Counted from the stretch's first letter, positions 46,624 to 60,841 are shown. The stretch is 64,000 nt of DNA from Escherichia coli (GCF_041886205.1 NZ_CP169029.1); one strand, 5' to 3'. Numbers and translations: made by a program. Notes: generated from the sequence alone by a model not told the origin.

Positions 46624-48210
46624 TTATTGCCCGCGCGTTAACTCCCGCGCGGGTAATTGCTCCATCCATTGCATAAACACCTGCGGCGGCATCGCCTTCG
46701 CAAAGAACCATCCCTGGCAATAGCGCACGCCGCGTTTGCGCAGCCAGTTAACCTGCTCCTCAGTTTCGACGCCTTCAGCGATCGTTTTTAACCCCAGGCT
46801 GTGCGCCAGCTCGATGATGTGTTCCGCAATCAAATGACTGGTTTTGTGGGTGGTCAGCGTTTCAACAAACGATTTGTCGATTTTCAAAATATCGACATTC
46901 AATGATTTAAGGTTATGCAAGTTAGAGTAGCCAATACCAAAATCATCAATTGCCACTTCGTAACCGGCCTGGCGGAAAGCCAGAATAATCGGCGTCATTT
47001 TGTCAACATCAAGAAATGCATGTTCAGTCACTTCAAATTTAATTTGCTGCGGACGCACCGCGTATTGCTCTGTTTTCTGATTGATTCGCGCTATCAACCG
47101 TGACGTATGAAAATCGGAGGCCGACAGGTTAATAGAAACATAGCGATCTGCATGTGTTGCCAGGTAATCGCCCAGATCGCGGAAGACATTATCAATAACA
47201 TAATCAGTTATCTGTTCTATCATCCCCTCCTTTTCTGCCAGCGGAATAAACTCTGCCGGATTCATTATTTGCCCCTGCTCACCAGGCCAACGTAACAACG
47301 CTTCAGCGCCGATACATTTTTCTGTTTTGATATCGATTATTGGCTGGTAATAAAGACAAAGTTGATGTTTTTCGAGGGCGCGTTGCAATTTACGTTTGGG
47401 AGATAAATAGTTTTGTCGAATACGTAGCCAGAGTAATAGCAGAACAAGACTCCCCAAAATACCGGCAGGCAACGCAAAAATAAGATGATTATAAAAATGG
47501 GTTATAAGACGTTGATATGAAGTCGCAACAATGGCTGCAATTGGGCGTTTTGTCGAATAAACTGTCGCATATAAATAGCCATTTCTTTGTACGGTTAAAT
47601 CCTTCAAATGAATCAGCGGAGAAAACGTTGCTGCCGAGGCCTCTTTGCTTAACGAGAAAAAGGTTTTCGTCACCGTATCATACACACCCCATTGCAATGT
47701 CGGGTCATCAGACATCACTTCACTCCAGAAGAGAGGGTTGATAACCGCCACATAATTTCCCCGCTGCATATAGGTCATTTTATAGCCAGAGAAAAAAGGC
47801 GTATCGCGGTAATAATAGATAGAAACGTTAGGTTCACGCTTATAATCGGCCGGTGCAATCGTATAGCCGTTTACAGGCGCTATCAGCGATGAGCATAAAA
47901 AATGGTTATCACGGGCATAGATCAATTCATTAATATAAAGATAGCCACGAATAATATTCAACATTCGCTTTTGATGGGCTGGAGTGCAAACTTGCCCCTG
48001 ATAGCGTTCAGCTGCATCGCTCACTAAATCTGCCTGGCGAATGACCAGCTCGGATTTATCCAGTGCCAGTTGAGCAAAGGTTCGGAGCTGATTATTCACT
48101 TCTGATTTTGCCCAAAGGAAGGCAATCCATAGCGAAAGAATGATGGGAAAGAGAACTAAAAAGATAATGCCCGGCAACGCCAGTAATTGGTGTCGTGCAC
48201 GATGACTCAT
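46624..48210 (-). CDS. pdeC: c-di-GMP phosphodiesterase PdeC (YjcC), CSS-motif sensor plus EAL domain
   Basis: Start taken at [17 protein letters not shown]; two TM segments flanking a periplasmic domain; C-terminal EAL domain ([10 protein letters not shown]). Confidence 0.85.
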
Positions 48211-48639
48211 TGCTATCAATTTCCTGCCTGTTTATACCCGGCCATTGCAAGGTGAAAACCCTGGGTACCGACGTCTTTAGATAAATCTTACGGTATAAAT
48301 AGCACTTTTGCCTGATTTGAAATTGATACCTTTCTAATCGTCACCTGGATGAAAATAATTCATTGATATTCAAAATTAATTTCCTACAGGAATGCAGAGG
48401 CGGCGGGAAGATATGCCCTTAATGCCACTGAAAAACCACATAATCTGTACAGCAATAAAAGTCACGGCCTAATATGGCTAACAAACAATCAATTGTGATA
48501 TAGTTCACAAAATTAATGAAACAAACAGAGTGTTTCATTTTTGTGTTCTGCAAGCCCCGCGATAGCCAGAGTGTACCACGCCTCCCGTGAACAACGCCGC
48601 GCTGTCCAGGGCATCGGCTCTTTTCAGAGGAATTGTTTG

Positions 48640-48921
48640 ATGGCTACCCTCACCACTGGCGTGGTTCTTCTTCGCTGGCAACTTCTTAGTGCCGTAATGA
48701 TGTTTCTGGCCAGCACACTCAACATCCGTTTTCGTCGGTCTGATTATGTCGGGCTTGCGGTGATCAGCAGCGGTCTGGGCGTTGTTTCCGCCTGTTGGTT
48801 CGCAATGGGGTTGCTTGGCATCACAATGGCGGACATCACCGCTATCTGGCACAACATCGAGTCGGTGATGATAGAAGAGATGAATCAGACACCGCCACAA
48901 TGGCCAATGATTTTGACCTGA
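48640..48921 (+). CDS. yjcB: Small membrane protein YjcB (93 aa)
   Basis: Start at MATLTTGVVLLRWQLLSAVMMFLAS; hydrophobic. Confidence 0.7.
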   Translation: MATLTTGVVLLRWQLLSAVMMFLASTLNIRFRRSDYVGLAVISSGLGVVSACWFAMGLLGITMADITAIWHNIESVMIEEMNQTPPQWPMILT

Positions 48922-49019
48922 TACGTAGAAGCCTCCATAACGGAGGCTTCTTTTTTATGGCTGGCAGATGCTTTAATCATCCACCTTAAAACAATATAAC
49001 CTATTGTTTTAATGACAAA

Positions 49020-49556
49020 TCAGAACGGAATGTCATCATCAAAGTCCATCGGCGGCTCGTTAGACGGCGCTGCCGGAGCGGACTGCTGCGGGCGAGACTG
49101 CGCGCCGCCGCTGAACTGATTGCCACCCTGCGGCTGCTGAGGCTGACCCCAACCGCCCTGCGGCTGACCACCACCGATATTGCCACCTGCCGGAGCGCCA
49201 CCACCCTGACGACCACCCAGCATCTGCATGGTGCCGCCAACGTTCACCACGACTTCTGTGGTGTAGCGATCCTGACCGGATTGATCGGTCCATTTACGGG
49301 TACGCAGCTGACCTTCGATATAAACCTGAGAACCTTTACGCAGATATTCGCTCGCCACTTCTGCCAGTTTGCCGAACAGCACAACGCGGTGCCATTCAGT
49401 CTGTTCTTTCATCTCGCCGGTCGCTTTATCACGCCAGGATTCGGAAGTAGCCAGCGTAATGTTGGCAACTGCGCCACCATTTGGCATGTAGCGTACTTCC
49501 GGGTCCTGACCCAGATTACCAACGAGAATAACCTTGTTTACGCCTCTGCTGGCCAT
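49020..49556 (-). CDS. ssb: Single-stranded DNA-binding protein
   Basis: Start at [44 protein letters not shown]; Gly/Gln-rich tail ending DFDDDIPF. Confidence 0.95.
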   Translation of the reverse strand: MASRGVNKVILVGNLGQDPEVRYMPNGGAVANITLATSESWRDKATGEMKEQTEWHRVVLFGKLAEVASEYLRKGSQVYIEGQLRTRKWTDQSGQDRYTTEVVVNVGGTMQMLGGRQGGGAPAGGNIGGGQPQGGWGQPQQPQGGNQFSGGAQSRPQQSAPAAPSNEPPMDFDDDIPF

Positions 49557-49705
49557 GTTCGTGTCTCCTGAAAAAAATCGTTCTGAATAAGTGTAAACGC
49601 GCGATTGTACCATTACCAATAGCGCTTTTACTATGTTGTGACCTCGGTTCCGGGAAACAAACCTGGCCAGACATTGTTACACAACACTCCGGGTAATGCA
49701 TTCCA

Positions 49706-49725
49706 ATACTGTATATTCATTCAGG
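49706..49725. promoter_or_regulatory. LexA (SOS) box shared by divergent ssb and uvrA
   Basis: ATACTGTATATTCATTCAGG fits the CTGT-N8-ACAG SOS-box pattern ~85 nt upstream of uvrA. Confidence 0.8.
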
Positions 49726-49809
49726 TCAATTTGTGTCATAATTAACCGTTTGTGATCGCCGGTAGCACCATGCCACCGGGCAAAAAAGCGTTTAATCCGG
49801 GAAAGGTGA

Positions 49810-52632
49810 ATGGATAAGATCGAAGTTCGGGGCGCCCGCACCCATAATCTCAAAAACATCAACCTCGTTATCCCCCGCGACAAGCTCATTGTCGTGACCG
49901 GGCTTTCGGGTTCTGGCAAATCCTCGCTCGCTTTCGACACCTTATATGCCGAAGGGCAGCGCCGTTACGTTGAATCCCTTTCCGCCTACGCGCGGCAGTT
50001 TCTGTCACTGATGGAAAAGCCGGACGTCGATCATATTGAGGGGCTTTCTCCTGCCATCTCAATTGAGCAGAAATCGACGTCTCATAACCCGCGTTCTACG
50101 GTGGGGACAATCACCGAAATCCACGACTATTTGCGTTTGTTGTTCGCCCGCGTCGGCGAACCGCGCTGTCCGGACCACGACGTCCCGCTGGCGGCGCAAA
50201 CCGTCAGCCAGATGGTGGATAACGTGCTGTCGCAGCCGGAAGGCAAGCGTCTGATGCTGCTCGCGCCAATCATTAAAGAGCGCAAAGGCGAACACACCAA
50301 AACGCTGGAGAACCTGGCAAGCCAGGGTTACATCCGTGCTCGTATTGATGGCGAAGTCTGCGATCTTTCCGATCCGCCGAAACTGGAACTGCAAAAGAAA
50401 CATACCATTGAAGTGGTGGTTGATCGCTTCAAGGTGCGTGACGATCTTACCCAACGTCTGGCCGAGTCGTTTGAAACCGCGCTAGAGCTTTCCGGTGGTA
50501 CCGCGGTAGTGGCGGATATGGACGACCCGAAAGCGGAAGAGCTGCTGTTCTCCGCCAACTTCGCCTGCCCAATTTGCGGTTACAGTATGCGCGAGCTGGA
50601 GCCGCGACTGTTTTCGTTTAACAACCCGGCGGGGGCCTGCCCGACCTGCGACGGCCTTGGCGTACAGCAATATTTCGATCCTGACCGCGTGATCCAGAAT
50701 CCGGAACTGTCGCTGGCAGGTGGTGCGATCCGTGGCTGGGATCGCCGCAACTTCTATTATTTCCAGATGCTGAAATCACTGGCAGATCACTATAAGTTCG
50801 ACGTCGAAGCGCCGTGGGGCAGCTTGAGCGCGAACGTGCATAAAGTGGTGTTGTACGGTTCTGGCAAAGAAAACATTGAATTCAAATACATGAACGATCG
50901 TGGCGATACCTCCATCCGTCGTCATCCGTTCGAAGGCGTGCTGCACAATATGGAGCGCCGTTATAAAGAGACAGAATCCAGTGCGGTACGTGAAGAATTA
51001 GCCAAGTTTATCAGCAATCGCCCATGCGCCAGCTGCGAAGGAACGCGTCTGCGTCGGGAAGCGCGCCACGTGTATGTCGAGAATACGCCGCTGCCCGCCA
51101 TCTCCGACATGAGCATCGGTCATGCGATGGAATTCTTCAACAATCTCAAACTCGCAGGTCAGCGGGCGAAGATTGCGGAAAAAATTCTTAAAGAGATCGG
51201 CGATCGTTTGAAATTCCTCGTTAACGTCGGCCTGAATTACCTGACGCTTTCCCGCTCGGCAGAAACGCTTTCCGGCGGTGAAGCCCAGCGTATCCGTCTG
51301 GCGAGCCAGATTGGTGCGGGCCTGGTTGGCGTTATGTACGTGCTGGACGAGCCATCTATCGGCCTGCACCAGCGCGATAACGAGCGCCTGTTGGGTACGC
51401 TTATCCATCTGCGCGATCTCGGTAATACCGTGATTGTGGTGGAGCACGACGAAGACGCGATTCGCGCCGCTGACCATGTGATCGACATTGGCCCGGGCGC
51501 AGGTGTTCACGGCGGTGAAGTGGTCGCGGAAGGTCCACTGGAAGCAATTATGGCGGTGCCGGAGTCGTTAACCGGACAGTACATGAGCGGTAAACGCAAG
51601 ATTGAAGTGCCGAAGAAACGCGTTCCGGCGAATCCGGAAAAAGTGCTGAAGCTGACAGGCGCACGCGGTAATAACCTGAAAGACGTGACGCTGACGCTGC
51701 CAGTCGGTCTGTTTACCTGCATCACAGGGGTTTCAGGTTCCGGTAAATCGACGCTGATTAACGACACACTGTTCCCGATTGCCCAACGCCAGTTGAATGG
51801 GGCGACCATCGCCGAACCGGCACCGTATCGCGATATTCAGGGACTGGAGCATTTCGACAAAGTGATCGATATCGACCAAAGCCCGATTGGTCGTACTCCG
51901 CGTTCTAACCCGGCGACCTATACCGGCGTGTTTACGCCTGTGCGCGAACTGTTTGCGGGCGTACCGGAATCCCGTGCGCGCGGCTATACGCCGGGACGTT
52001 TCAGCTTTAACGTTCGTGGCGGACGCTGCGAGGCCTGTCAGGGCGATGGCGTGATCAAAGTGGAGATGCACTTCCTGCCGGATATCTACGTGCCGTGCGA
52101 CCAGTGCAAAGGTAAACGCTATAACCGTGAAACGCTGGAGATTAAGTACAAAGGCAAAACCATCCACGAAGTGCTGGATATGACCATCGAAGAGGCGCGT
52201 GAGTTCTTTGATGCCGTACCTGCACTGGCGCGTAAGCTGCAAACGTTGATGGACGTTGGCCTGACGTACATTCGACTGGGGCAGTCCGCAACCACCCTTT
52301 CAGGCGGTGAAGCCCAGCGCGTGAAGCTGGCGCGTGAACTGTCAAAACGCGGCACCGGGCAGACGCTGTATATTCTCGACGAGCCGACCACCGGTCTGCA
52401 CTTCGCCGATATTCAGCAACTGCTCGACGTACTGCATAAACTGCGCGATCAGGGCAACACCATTGTGGTGATTGAGCACAATCTCGACGTGATCAAAACC
52501 GCTGACTGGATTGTCGACCTGGGACCAGAAGGCGGCAGTGGTGGCGGCGAGATCCTCGTCTCCGGTACGCCAGAAACCGTCGCGGAGTGCGAAGCATCAC
52601 ACACGGCACGCTTCCTTAAGCCGATGCTGTAA
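49810..52632 (+). CDS. uvrA: Excinuclease ABC subunit A
   Basis: 940 aa; two ABC ATPase modules (Walker [10 protein letters not shown] and GVSGSGKST) and zinc-finger cysteine pairs. Confidence 0.95.
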   Translation: MDKIEVRGARTHNLKNINLVIPRDKLIVVTGLSGSGKSSLAFDTLYAEGQRRYVESLSAYARQFLSLMEKPDVDHIEGLSPAISIEQKSTSHNPRSTVGTITEIHDYLRLLFARVGEPRCPDHDVPLAAQTVSQMVDNVLSQPEGKRLMLLAPIIKERKGEHTKTLENLASQGYIRARIDGEVCDLSDPPKLELQKKHTIEVVVDRFKVRDDLTQRLAESFETALELSGGTAVVADMDDPKAEELLFSANFACPICGYSMRELEPRLFSFNNPAGACPTCDGLGVQQYFDPDRVIQNPELSLAGGAIRGWDRRNFYYFQMLKSLADHYKFDVEAPWGSLSANVHKVVLYGSGKENIEFKYMNDRGDTSIRRHPFEGVLHNMERRYKETESSAVREELAKFISNRPCASCEGTRLRREARHVYVENTPLPAISDMSIGHAMEFFNNLKLAGQRAKIAEKILKEIGDRLKFLVNVGLNYLTLSRSAETLSGGEAQRIRLASQIGAGLVGVMYVLDEPSIGLHQRDNERLLGTLIHLRDLGNTVIVVEHDEDAIRAADHVIDIGPGAGVHGGEVVAEGPLEAIMAVPESLTGQYMSGKRKIEVPKKRVPANPEKVLKLTGARGNNLKDVTLTLPVGLFTCITGVSGSGKSTLINDTLFPIAQRQLNGATIAEPAPYRDIQGLEHFDKVIDIDQSPIGRTPRSNPATYTGVFTPVRELFAGVPESRARGYTPGRFSFNVRGGRCEACQGDGVIKVEMHFLPDIYVPCDQCKGKRYNRETLEIKYKGKTIHEVLDMTIEEAREFFDAVPALARKLQTLMDVGLTYIRLGQSATTLSGGEAQRVKLARELSKRGTGQTLYILDEPTTGLHFADIQQLLDVLHKLRDQGNTIVVIEHNLDVIKTADWIVDLGPEGGSGGGEILVSGTPETVAECEASHTARFLKPML

Positions 52633-52666
52633 TCGTTAAGGCCGCTTTCTGAGCGGCCTTTTCCTT

Positions 52667-53023
52667 TCAGAGTTGCACCAGCAATTTACGTTTTTCTTCC
52701 GGCAGTAAATTCACCGCCTGCTGATAAGACGCATCCACCAGATAATAGATTTGCGAATCTGGCAGCGAACCGTCGAGATACACGGTGCTCCAGTGCGCTT
52801 TATTCAGATGGCGGCTTGGACGCACATCGCTGTGCTGCTGACGTAGCAGCTCCGCCAGCTCCGGGCTGGTTTTCAGCGAAACAGCTGGGCGATTTTCTAC
52901 TTCTTTCACCATCGCAAACAGTACATCTTCCACTTTGATCTGCGTCGCTTTCCAGTCGTTATGCACGCTCTGTTCTGCGCCTGGTTTTGCCATGCAATAT
53001 TGTAGCAACTCCGAAATGGTCAT
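52667..53023 (-). CDS. yjbR: MmcQ/YjbR-family protein
   Basis: 118-aa ORF; position after uvrA matches E. coli yjbR. Confidence 0.8.
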   Translation of the reverse strand: MTISELLQYCMAKPGAEQSVHNDWKATQIKVEDVLFAMVKEVENRPAVSLKTSPELAELLRQQHSDVRPSRHLNKAHWSTVYLDGSLPDSQIYYLVDASYQQAVNLLPEEKRKLLVQL

Positions 53024-53026
53024 TTT

Positions 53027-53443
53027 TTACTCCCCTTGTAGTGTCGCGATGATGCGACGCGATCCGCCGTGGATGCGATGTTCCCCCAGCCAAATGCCTT
53101 GCCAGGTGCCGGTCTGAATACGCCCTTTATGCACCGGCAATACAAGCGATGTTCCCAGCATTGAGGATTTGATATGAGAAGGCATATCGTCTGCTCCCTC
53201 ATAGTCATGCTCATAATTTCCGTTGTCGGGAACGGTGCGGAGGAAAAAACGCTCCATGTCGTGGCGTACGGTGGGATCGCAGTTCTCATTAAGTGTCAGA
53301 GAGGCGGAGGTATGTTGCAGCAACAGATGCAGTAAGCCGATGTTAACGCGCGGCATATCAGCCAGCTGATTCAGAATTTCATCCGTTACCAGATGAAACC
53401 CACGAGATTTGGCGCTAAGCGTGAGCGTCTTTTGATACCACAT
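53027..53443 (-). CDS. yjbQ: UPF0047/YjbQ-family protein
   Basis: 138-aa ORF; position. Confidence 0.8.
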
Positions 53444-53553
53444 GTGCTGCTCCTTGATAAAACTCTCTTAATCAGTTTGCAGCAAGACAGCGAAAGGATA
53501 AAGGTGTGATTAAAAAAACAGCATTCGGGAGAGCATCACGCTCTCCCGCTCTG

Positions 53554-54546
<993 letters not shown>

Positions 54547-54668
54547 TTAATGAACTTAATGATACAGCATTACAAAAACAATCGAAGTTTATAAAGATGA
54601 TTTCTGATTGACCAGCCCCCTACCCTACAATGGTGATTAATTTTATTACTCGCGATGGAGATGATGAT

Positions 54669-54872
54669 ATGAATATATCATATGTGAATAGCAACAAAAC
54701 GACATCTTTACCTGTTGAGCTAGATGCACTAAATAATAAAGATATCTCTTATGCCAAAGATTTCTTTTTATACATAGAAACACAGTTAAAAATTGCAAAA
54801 GATTTTTTAGACCTGGAGAAGAAGTATCAAGTTCTATTGCAAGTAAAGTTTTTCACGCATTTATTGATTTAG
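54669..54872 (+). CDS. yjbS: Small AT-rich ORF, probably yjbS
   Basis: 67 aa from MNISYVNSNKTT; low GC; in the aphA-tyrB gap. Expression unverified. Confidence 0.45.
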   Translation: MNISYVNSNKTTSLPVELDALNNKDISYAKDFFLYIETQLKIAKDFLDLEKKYQVLLQVKFFTHLLI

Positions 54873-55373
54873 TTAACAAAATCAGGGGTAAGAAAGACTT
54901 TATGTATATTTGCACGCTTTGCTGTTTTGCCGAGGAGGTTAAAGGTGATTATTCTCATTACAGGACCTTTTTATTTGATATTGGTAATCAATATAAGGTT
55001 AAACTTACACAAAGCGGAAAAAAGAGTTCTCTTTAACATTAGAATTTAACGATACTATAATTGAATCTCAGAAAGTCACAGGCAATAAGGCAAAGCATAT
55101 TCTTGAGGATATAGAAATATTCTATCGTAACAAACCCGATACTTATTATTAAATTTAATAATGGTTAGATGTGCAGAAATTATTACTCCACCCAAAAAAA
55201 CAGGATAAGGAATTCCAGATAATTGGGATAAACTTAACAATAAAAGAACTAACAACGTTTATTATCTCTCACGTAGAACGATGGCATCAAAAAAATCATC
55301 TATAAAGAAAGAGTGAAAGCGACGACAGTTTAATTTCACTGCAGGCTGGGTAGCTCCAGCCTGCTTTCCTGCA

Positions 55374-56567
55374 TTACATCACCGCAGCAAACGCCTTTGC
55401 CACACGTTGTACATTTGCCGTATTTAACCCGGCGACACACATGCGACCGCTGGCGATGAGATAGACACCAAATTCTTCACGTAGTCGGTCAACCTGAGCG
55501 GCACTTAAACCGGTATAACTGAACATGCCGCGCTGATTAAGCAGATAATCGAAATTGCGTTCTGGCATCTCTGTGCTTAATACCTTCACCAATTCCTGAC
55601 GCATTGCCAGAATGCGAGTACGCATCTCTTCTACTTCCGCCAGCCAGCTGGCTTTCAATGCCTCGTCATTCAGCACTGCAGCCACCACCTGCGCACCAAA
55701 ATTCGGCGGGCTGGAGTAGTTGCGGCGAACTGTTGCTTTCAATTGCCCCAGTACGCGGCCAGCGGCTTCGGCATCTTCACACATAACAGAAAGTCCGCCG
55801 ACGCGCTCGCCGTAAAGGGAGAAAATTTTCGAGAACGAATTGCTCACCAGAGCGGGTAATCCAGCGCTGGCAATGGCGCGAATAGCGTAGGCATCCTCTT
55901 CCATACCGGCACCAAATCCTTGATAGGCAATATCGAGGAATGGAATAAGCTCGCGGGCTTTGAGAATTTCAATCACCGCATCCCACTGATCATTAGTGAG
56001 ATCGGCACCCGTTGGGTTGTGGCAACATGGATGCAGCAACACAATACTGCGGGCAGGTAATGTTTTCAGCGTCGCCAACAGGTCATTAAAGCGCACGCCG
56101 TTAGTCGCTTCGTCATACCAGGGGTAAGTACTCACTTCGAATCCAGCCCCGGCGAATATTGCTACGTGGTTTTCCCAGGTAGGATCGCTGACCCAGACGC
56201 CTGATTCCGGGAAGTAGCGTTTCAGGAAATCCGCGCCCACTTTCAATGCCCCGGAGCCGCCAAGGGTTTGAATGGTTGCTACGCGCTGTTGTTTCAGTAC
56301 CGGATGGTCCGCACCAAACAGCAGCGGCGCAATGGCATGGCGATAGCTGTTAAGCCCTTCCATCGGTAAATAAAGCGAAGCGCCATGAGGCTGCGCATTC
56401 AGGCGCGCTTCCGCCTCCGCCACGGCTTGCAGTTGTGGAATAATTCCGTCTTCGTTGTAGTACAGACCGATACTTAAATTCACTTTGTCGCTGCGAGGGT
56501 CTTCTTTAAAACGCTCCATAAGCGTAAGAATCGGGTCGCCAGCGTAGGCGTCAACTTTTTGAAACAC
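55374..56567 (-). CDS. tyrB: Aromatic-amino-acid aminotransferase TyrB (GTG start)
   Basis: 397 aa from (V/M)[24 protein letters not shown]; PLP-lysine region SFSKIF; hairpin terminator just after the stop. Confidence 0.9.
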   Translation of the reverse strand: MFQKVDAYAGDPILTLMERFKEDPRSDKVNLSIGLYYNEDGIIPQLQAVAEAEARLNAQPHGASLYLPMEGLNSYRHAIAPLLFGADHPVLKQQRVATIQTLGGSGALKVGADFLKRYFPESGVWVSDPTWENHVAIFAGAGFEVSTYPWYDEATNGVRFNDLLATLKTLPARSIVLLHPCCHNPTGADLTNDQWDAVIEILKARELIPFLDIAYQGFGAGMEEDAYAIRAIASAGLPALVSNSFSKIFSLYGERVGGLSVMCEDAEAAGRVLGQLKATVRRNYSSPPNFGAQVVAAVLNDEALKASWLAEVEEMRTRILAMRQELVKVLSTEMPERNFDYLLNQRGMFSYTGLSAAQVDRLREEFGVYLIASGRMCVAGLNTANVQRVAKAFAAVM

Positions 56568-56757
56568 GCGATGGTTCTCCAGGTTTACGGGCAGGTGGTT
56601 AAAACACAATAAACCGGAAGAAGGCGAAGATCGAGTGGATGTTCAGGAGCGAACGGCAATTAGCAACAGAGTGAGACTCATGACAAACGTACATCCGCCA
56701 GAGGCACGACCTTTATAAGAGCATGAAAGAACATCAACTTATTGAATTTTTAGGATT

Positions 56758-56800
56758 TTATTGGCCGGATAAGGCATTCACGCCGCATCCGGCACAGACA
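56758..56800. repeat. REP element
   Basis: TTGGCCGGATAAGGCATTCACGCCGCATCCGGCA between tyrB and alr. Confidence 0.8.
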
Positions 56801-56819
56801 ATCAAATATTACAGAACGA

Positions 56820-57899
56820 TTAATCCACGTATTTCATCGCGACCCTTGAAGTCAGGCGCGTAATAAGTTCGTAAGCGCTTACTTTCGTCATTTCAGCGAT
56901 ACGTTCTACGGGCAAACCTTCGCCCCATAAAATGACCGGATCCCCGGCTTTGTCCTGCGCCTGTGGACCTAAGTCTACGCAGATCATATCCATCGCCACG
57001 CGCCCGACAATCGGTACTTCGCGACCGTTCACCAGCACTGGCGTACCGGACGGCGCGGCGCGCGGATAACCATCGCCATAGCCCATCGCGACTACGCCAA
57101 GACGGGTATCACGTTCGCTTACCCAGGTTCCACCATAACCAACAGGCTCTCCGGCTTTATGCTCACGCACGGCAATCAGGCTGGAGGTTAGTGACATCAC
57201 TGGCTGACAGCCAAAATCGGCACCGGTGGAGCGATCTTCCAGCGGCGAGACGCCATAAAGAATGATGCCCGGGCGCACCCAGTCAAAATGCGACTGTGGC
57301 CACAGCAGAATGCCACCCGACGCGGCAATGGAACGTTGACCAGGTTTGCCTTCGCAAAAGGTATTAAAGATAGCGAGTTGTTTCTCGGTTGCGCCACATT
57401 TTGGTTCATCCGCGCGCGCAAAATGGCTGACGATATTCACCGGCTGACGAACGTTTTTGCACTGGGTCAGGCGATGATAAAACGCCTCAGCCTGTTCCGG
57501 CCTTACGCCCAGACGGTGCATACCGGTATCGAGTTTCATCCAGACGGTAACCGGCTCGTCCAGGCTAGCCTCTTCCAGCGCAGCCAGCTGTTCTTCGTTA
57601 TGCACGGCGGTATGAAAATGTTGCGCAGAAATCGTCGGCAGATCTCTGGCATCAAAAAAGCCTTCGAGTAACAGTACAGGTTTGGTGATTCCCCCCGTAC
57701 GCAGTCGCAGAGCTTCTTCGAGACGGGCTACGCCAAAGGCGTCAGCATCGGGGAGCGTTCGCGCGGTCTCAAGAAGACCGTGACCATAAGCGTTCGCTTT
57801 CACCACCGCAACCATTTTACTGGCAGGGGCCAGTTCACGAAGACGTTGCAGGTTGTGTCGCAGAGCGCGGCGGTTAATCACAACAGTTGCCGCTTGCAT
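56820..57899 (-). CDS. alr: Alanine racemase (biosynthetic)
   Basis: 359 aa; PLP-lysine motif [10 protein letters not shown]. Confidence 0.95.
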   Translation of the reverse strand: MQAATVVINRRALRHNLQRLRELAPASKMVAVVKANAYGHGLLETARTLPDADAFGVARLEEALRLRTGGITKPVLLLEGFFDARDLPTISAQHFHTAVHNEEQLAALEEASLDEPVTVWMKLDTGMHRLGVRPEQAEAFYHRLTQCKNVRQPVNIVSHFARADEPKCGATEKQLAIFNTFCEGKPGQRSIAASGGILLWPQSHFDWVRPGIILYGVSPLEDRSTGADFGCQPVMSLTSSLIAVREHKAGEPVGYGGTWVSERDTRLGVVAMGYGDGYPRAAPSGTPVLVNGREVPIVGRVAMDMICVDLGPQAQDKAGDPVILWGEGLPVERIAEMTKVSAYELITRLTSRVAMKYVD

Positions 57900-57951
57900 T
57901 TGTGTTCCTTGATAAGTGTTTGCTTTAATTACCTAATTCATAAAATAATTA

Positions 57952-59367
57952 TTATTCGTCGTCGTACTGCGGCCCCGCATAGTTGTCGAAGCGCGACCAT
58001 TGACCGTTAAAGGTCAGGCGTACCGTCCCGATTGGGCCGTTACGTTGTTTACCGATAATAATTTCCGCGATGCCTTTTAAATCACTGTTTTCGTGATACA
58101 CCTCATCACGATAGATAAACATGATCAAGTCCGCATCCTGCTCGATAGAGCCAGATTCACGCAGGTCGGAGTTGACCGGGCGTTTGTCGGCACGTTGTTC
58201 CAGAGAACGGTTCAACTGGGACAGCGCCACCACCGGCACGTTCAGTTCTTTCGCCAGTGCTTTCAGCGAGCGAGAGATTTCTGCAATTTCCAGCGTACGG
58301 TTATCGGAAAGCGCCGGTACGCGCATCAGTTGCAGGTAGTCGATCATGATAAGCCCGATGCCGCCGTGTTCACGGGCAATACGGCGTGCGCGGGAACGCA
58401 CTTCCGTTGGCGTCAGGCCGGAGGAGTCATCGATATAGATATTGCGTTTTTCGAGCAAAATACCCATGGTGCCGGAAATGCGCGCCCAGTCTTCGTCATC
58501 GAGCTGCCCGGTACGGATTTTAGTCTGGTCAACGCGCGACAGCGACGCCAGAGAACGCATCATGATCTGTTCTGATGGCATCTCCAGCGAGAAGATAAGT
58601 ACCGGTTTATCCTGCAACATCGCCGCGTTTTCGACGAGGTTCATCGCAAATGTTGTTTTACCCATCGACGGACGCGCGGCGACGATGATCAAATCCGACG
58701 GCTGCAAGCCAGCGGTTTTTTTGTTGAGATCGTCATAACCGGTGTTTACCCCGGTAACGCCATCGTGTGGCTGCTGAAACAACTGCTCAATACGCGCCAC
58801 GGTTGCGTCGAGCACATCGGCGATGTTCTTCGGCCCTTCGTCTTTGTTCGCACGACTTTCGGCAATTTTAAAGACGCGGGATTCAGCCAGATCCAGCAGA
58901 TCTTCGCTGGTACGCCCCTGCGGATCAAAACCAGCTTCGGCAATCTCATTCGCAACCGAGATCATCTCACGGACAACGGCACGTTCACGCACGATGTCCG
59001 CATAGGCACTGATGTTAGCCGCACTTGGCGTATTTTTTGACAGCTCTGCCAGATAAGCAAAACCACCGACGCTATCGAGTTGCCCCTGGCGTTCCAGCGA
59101 TTCCGCAAGAGTAATCAGATCGATAGGGCTACCGCTTTCCTGCAAACGCGCCATTTCAGTAAAGATATGACGGTGTGGGCGGGTGTAAAAATCGTCTGCT
59201 ACCACACGCTCGGCTACATCATCCCAGCGTTCGTTATCTAGCATTAAACCGCCCAACACCGACTGCTCCGCTTCGATCGAGTGCGGAGGCACTTTCAGCC
59301 CGGCAACTTGTGGATCGCGTTCGCGGGGTTCAGCCTGCTGTTTGTTGAAGGGTTTATTTCCTGCCAT
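57952..59367 (-). CDS. dnaB: Replicative DNA helicase DnaB
   Basis: 471 aa; Walker A ARPSMGKTT; 4 nt-scale spacing to upstream qorA region. Confidence 0.95.
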   Translation of the reverse strand: MAGNKPFNKQQAEPRERDPQVAGLKVPPHSIEAEQSVLGGLMLDNERWDDVAERVVADDFYTRPHRHIFTEMARLQESGSPIDLITLAESLERQGQLDSVGGFAYLAELSKNTPSAANISAYADIVRERAVVREMISVANEIAEAGFDPQGRTSEDLLDLAESRVFKIAESRANKDEGPKNIADVLDATVARIEQLFQQPHDGVTGVNTGYDDLNKKTAGLQPSDLIIVAARPSMGKTTFAMNLVENAAMLQDKPVLIFSLEMPSEQIMMRSLASLSRVDQTKIRTGQLDDEDWARISGTMGILLEKRNIYIDDSSGLTPTEVRSRARRIAREHGGIGLIMIDYLQLMRVPALSDNRTLEIAEISRSLKALAKELNVPVVALSQLNRSLEQRADKRPVNSDLRESGSIEQDADLIMFIYRDEVYHENSDLKGIAEIIIGKQRNGPIGTVRLTFNGQWSRFDNYAGPQYDDE

Positions 59368-59449
59368 AGTGAATGGAGTTACCGAGATAAAGAATGGGTC
59401 GAAACTTTACCATATGAAGCAGACCCTGACGATACGTTCTGGAGGACAC

Positions 59450-60433
59450 ATGGCAACACGAATTGAATTTCACAAGCACGGTGGCCCGGAAGTACTTCAA
59501 GCCGTAGAGTTCACTCCTGCCGATCCGGCGGAGAATGAAATCCAGGTCGAAAATAAAGCCATCGGCATCAATTTTATCGACACATATATCCGCAGCGGCC
59601 TTTACCCGCCGCCATCGCTACCCAGCGGATTAGGCACCGAAGCAGCAGGCATCGTGAGTAAAGTCGGCAGTGGTGTAAAGCATATTAAGGCAGGCGATCG
59701 TGTAGTCTATGCGCAGTCGGCGTTAGGCGCTTACAGCTCTGTGCATAACATTATTGCGGATAAAGCGGCGATTCTGCCTGCGGCAATTTCTTTTGAGCAA
59801 GCTGCGGCATCCTTCCTGAAAGGCTTAACGGTTTATTATCTGCTGCGCAAAACCTATGAAATTAAACCCGATGAGCAGTTCCTGTTCCACGCAGCAGCTG
59901 GCGGCGTTGGCTTGATTGCCTGCCAGTGGGCAAAAGCCCTGGGCGCGAAACTTATCGGCACCGTAGGAACCGCGCAAAAAGCGCAGAGCGCGCTAAAAGC
60001 GGGCGCGTGGCAGGTTATTAACTATCGTGAAGAGAATCTGGTCGAGCGGTTAAAAGAGATCACCGGCGGTAAGAAAGTGCGCGTGGTGTACGATTCCGTG
60101 GGCAGAGACACCTGGGAACGGTCGCTGGATTGCCTGCAACGCCGCGGCTTAATGGTGAGTTTTGGCAACTCATCAGGTGCGGTTACCGGTGTGAACTTAG
60201 GCATTCTCAATCAGAAAGGCTCGTTGTATGTGACACGCCCTTCCCTGCAAGGCTATATCACCACGCGGGAGGAATTAACCGAGGCCAGTAATGAACTGTT
60301 CTCTTTGATTGCCAGCGGTGTGATTAAGGTCGATGTCGCCGAGCAGCAGAAATATCCGCTGAAGGATGCGCAGCGTGCGCATGAAATTCTGGAAAGCCGG
60401 GCAACGCAAGGTTCCAGCCTGTTGATTCCATAA
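59450..60433 (+). CDS. qorA: NADPH:quinone oxidoreductase (zeta-crystallin-like MDR)
   Basis: 327 aa from MATRIEFHKHGGPEVLQAVEF; Rossmann motif AAAGGVG. Confidence 0.9.
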   Translation: MATRIEFHKHGGPEVLQAVEFTPADPAENEIQVENKAIGINFIDTYIRSGLYPPPSLPSGLGTEAAGIVSKVGSGVKHIKAGDRVVYAQSALGAYSSVHNIIADKAAILPAAISFEQAAASFLKGLTVYYLLRKTYEIKPDEQFLFHAAAGGVGLIACQWAKALGAKLIGTVGTAQKAQSALKAGAWQVINYREENLVERLKEITGGKKVRVVYDSVGRDTWERSLDCLQRRGLMVSFGNSSGAVTGVNLGILNQKGSLYVTRPSLQGYITTREELTEASNELFSLIASGVIKVDVAEQQKYPLKDAQRAHEILESRATQGSSLLIP

Positions 60434-60598
60434 AAGAAATAGGGCTTCCACCTGGGAAGCCCTTTCTTTTTATAGTTCGGCTGTATGTAGGGTACAGCAC
60501 GATGAATCTGTTAGAGGCGCAATAGTGACAGATTTGATTATCAATTCCTATTTTGTTCTAAGGATAAAACCTTAGGTTGTGATCATCCGCACAATCCC

Positions 60599-60841
60599 TT
60601 AGTAACGCCAGCGGTCATAACGCTGATATTTCGGCACTTTTGGTGCTTTAATCGCCTTAATAACCCACACCACCGCAATCGCCAGTAGTAACCACGGCAG
60701 CAACTTAATCATCAATGCCAGCATACCGCCGAGGAACATAATGGCCGTCGCCACAACCAGCGCGGCGATAATGCCCAGCAACGAAACGCCGGTGACCATC
60801 AGCATGACAAAAAAGCCAATCACAAAAAGTAGTTCCAGCAT
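60599..60841 (-). CDS. pspG: Phage-shock protein G
   Basis: 80-aa hydrophobic protein from MLELLFVIGFFVMLMVTGV; the tracked ORF is 5'-extended. Confidence 0.8.
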   Translation of the reverse strand: MLELLFVIGFFVMLMVTGVSLLGIIAALVVATAIMFLGGMLALMIKLLPWLLLAIAVVWVIKAIKAPKVPKYQRYDRWRY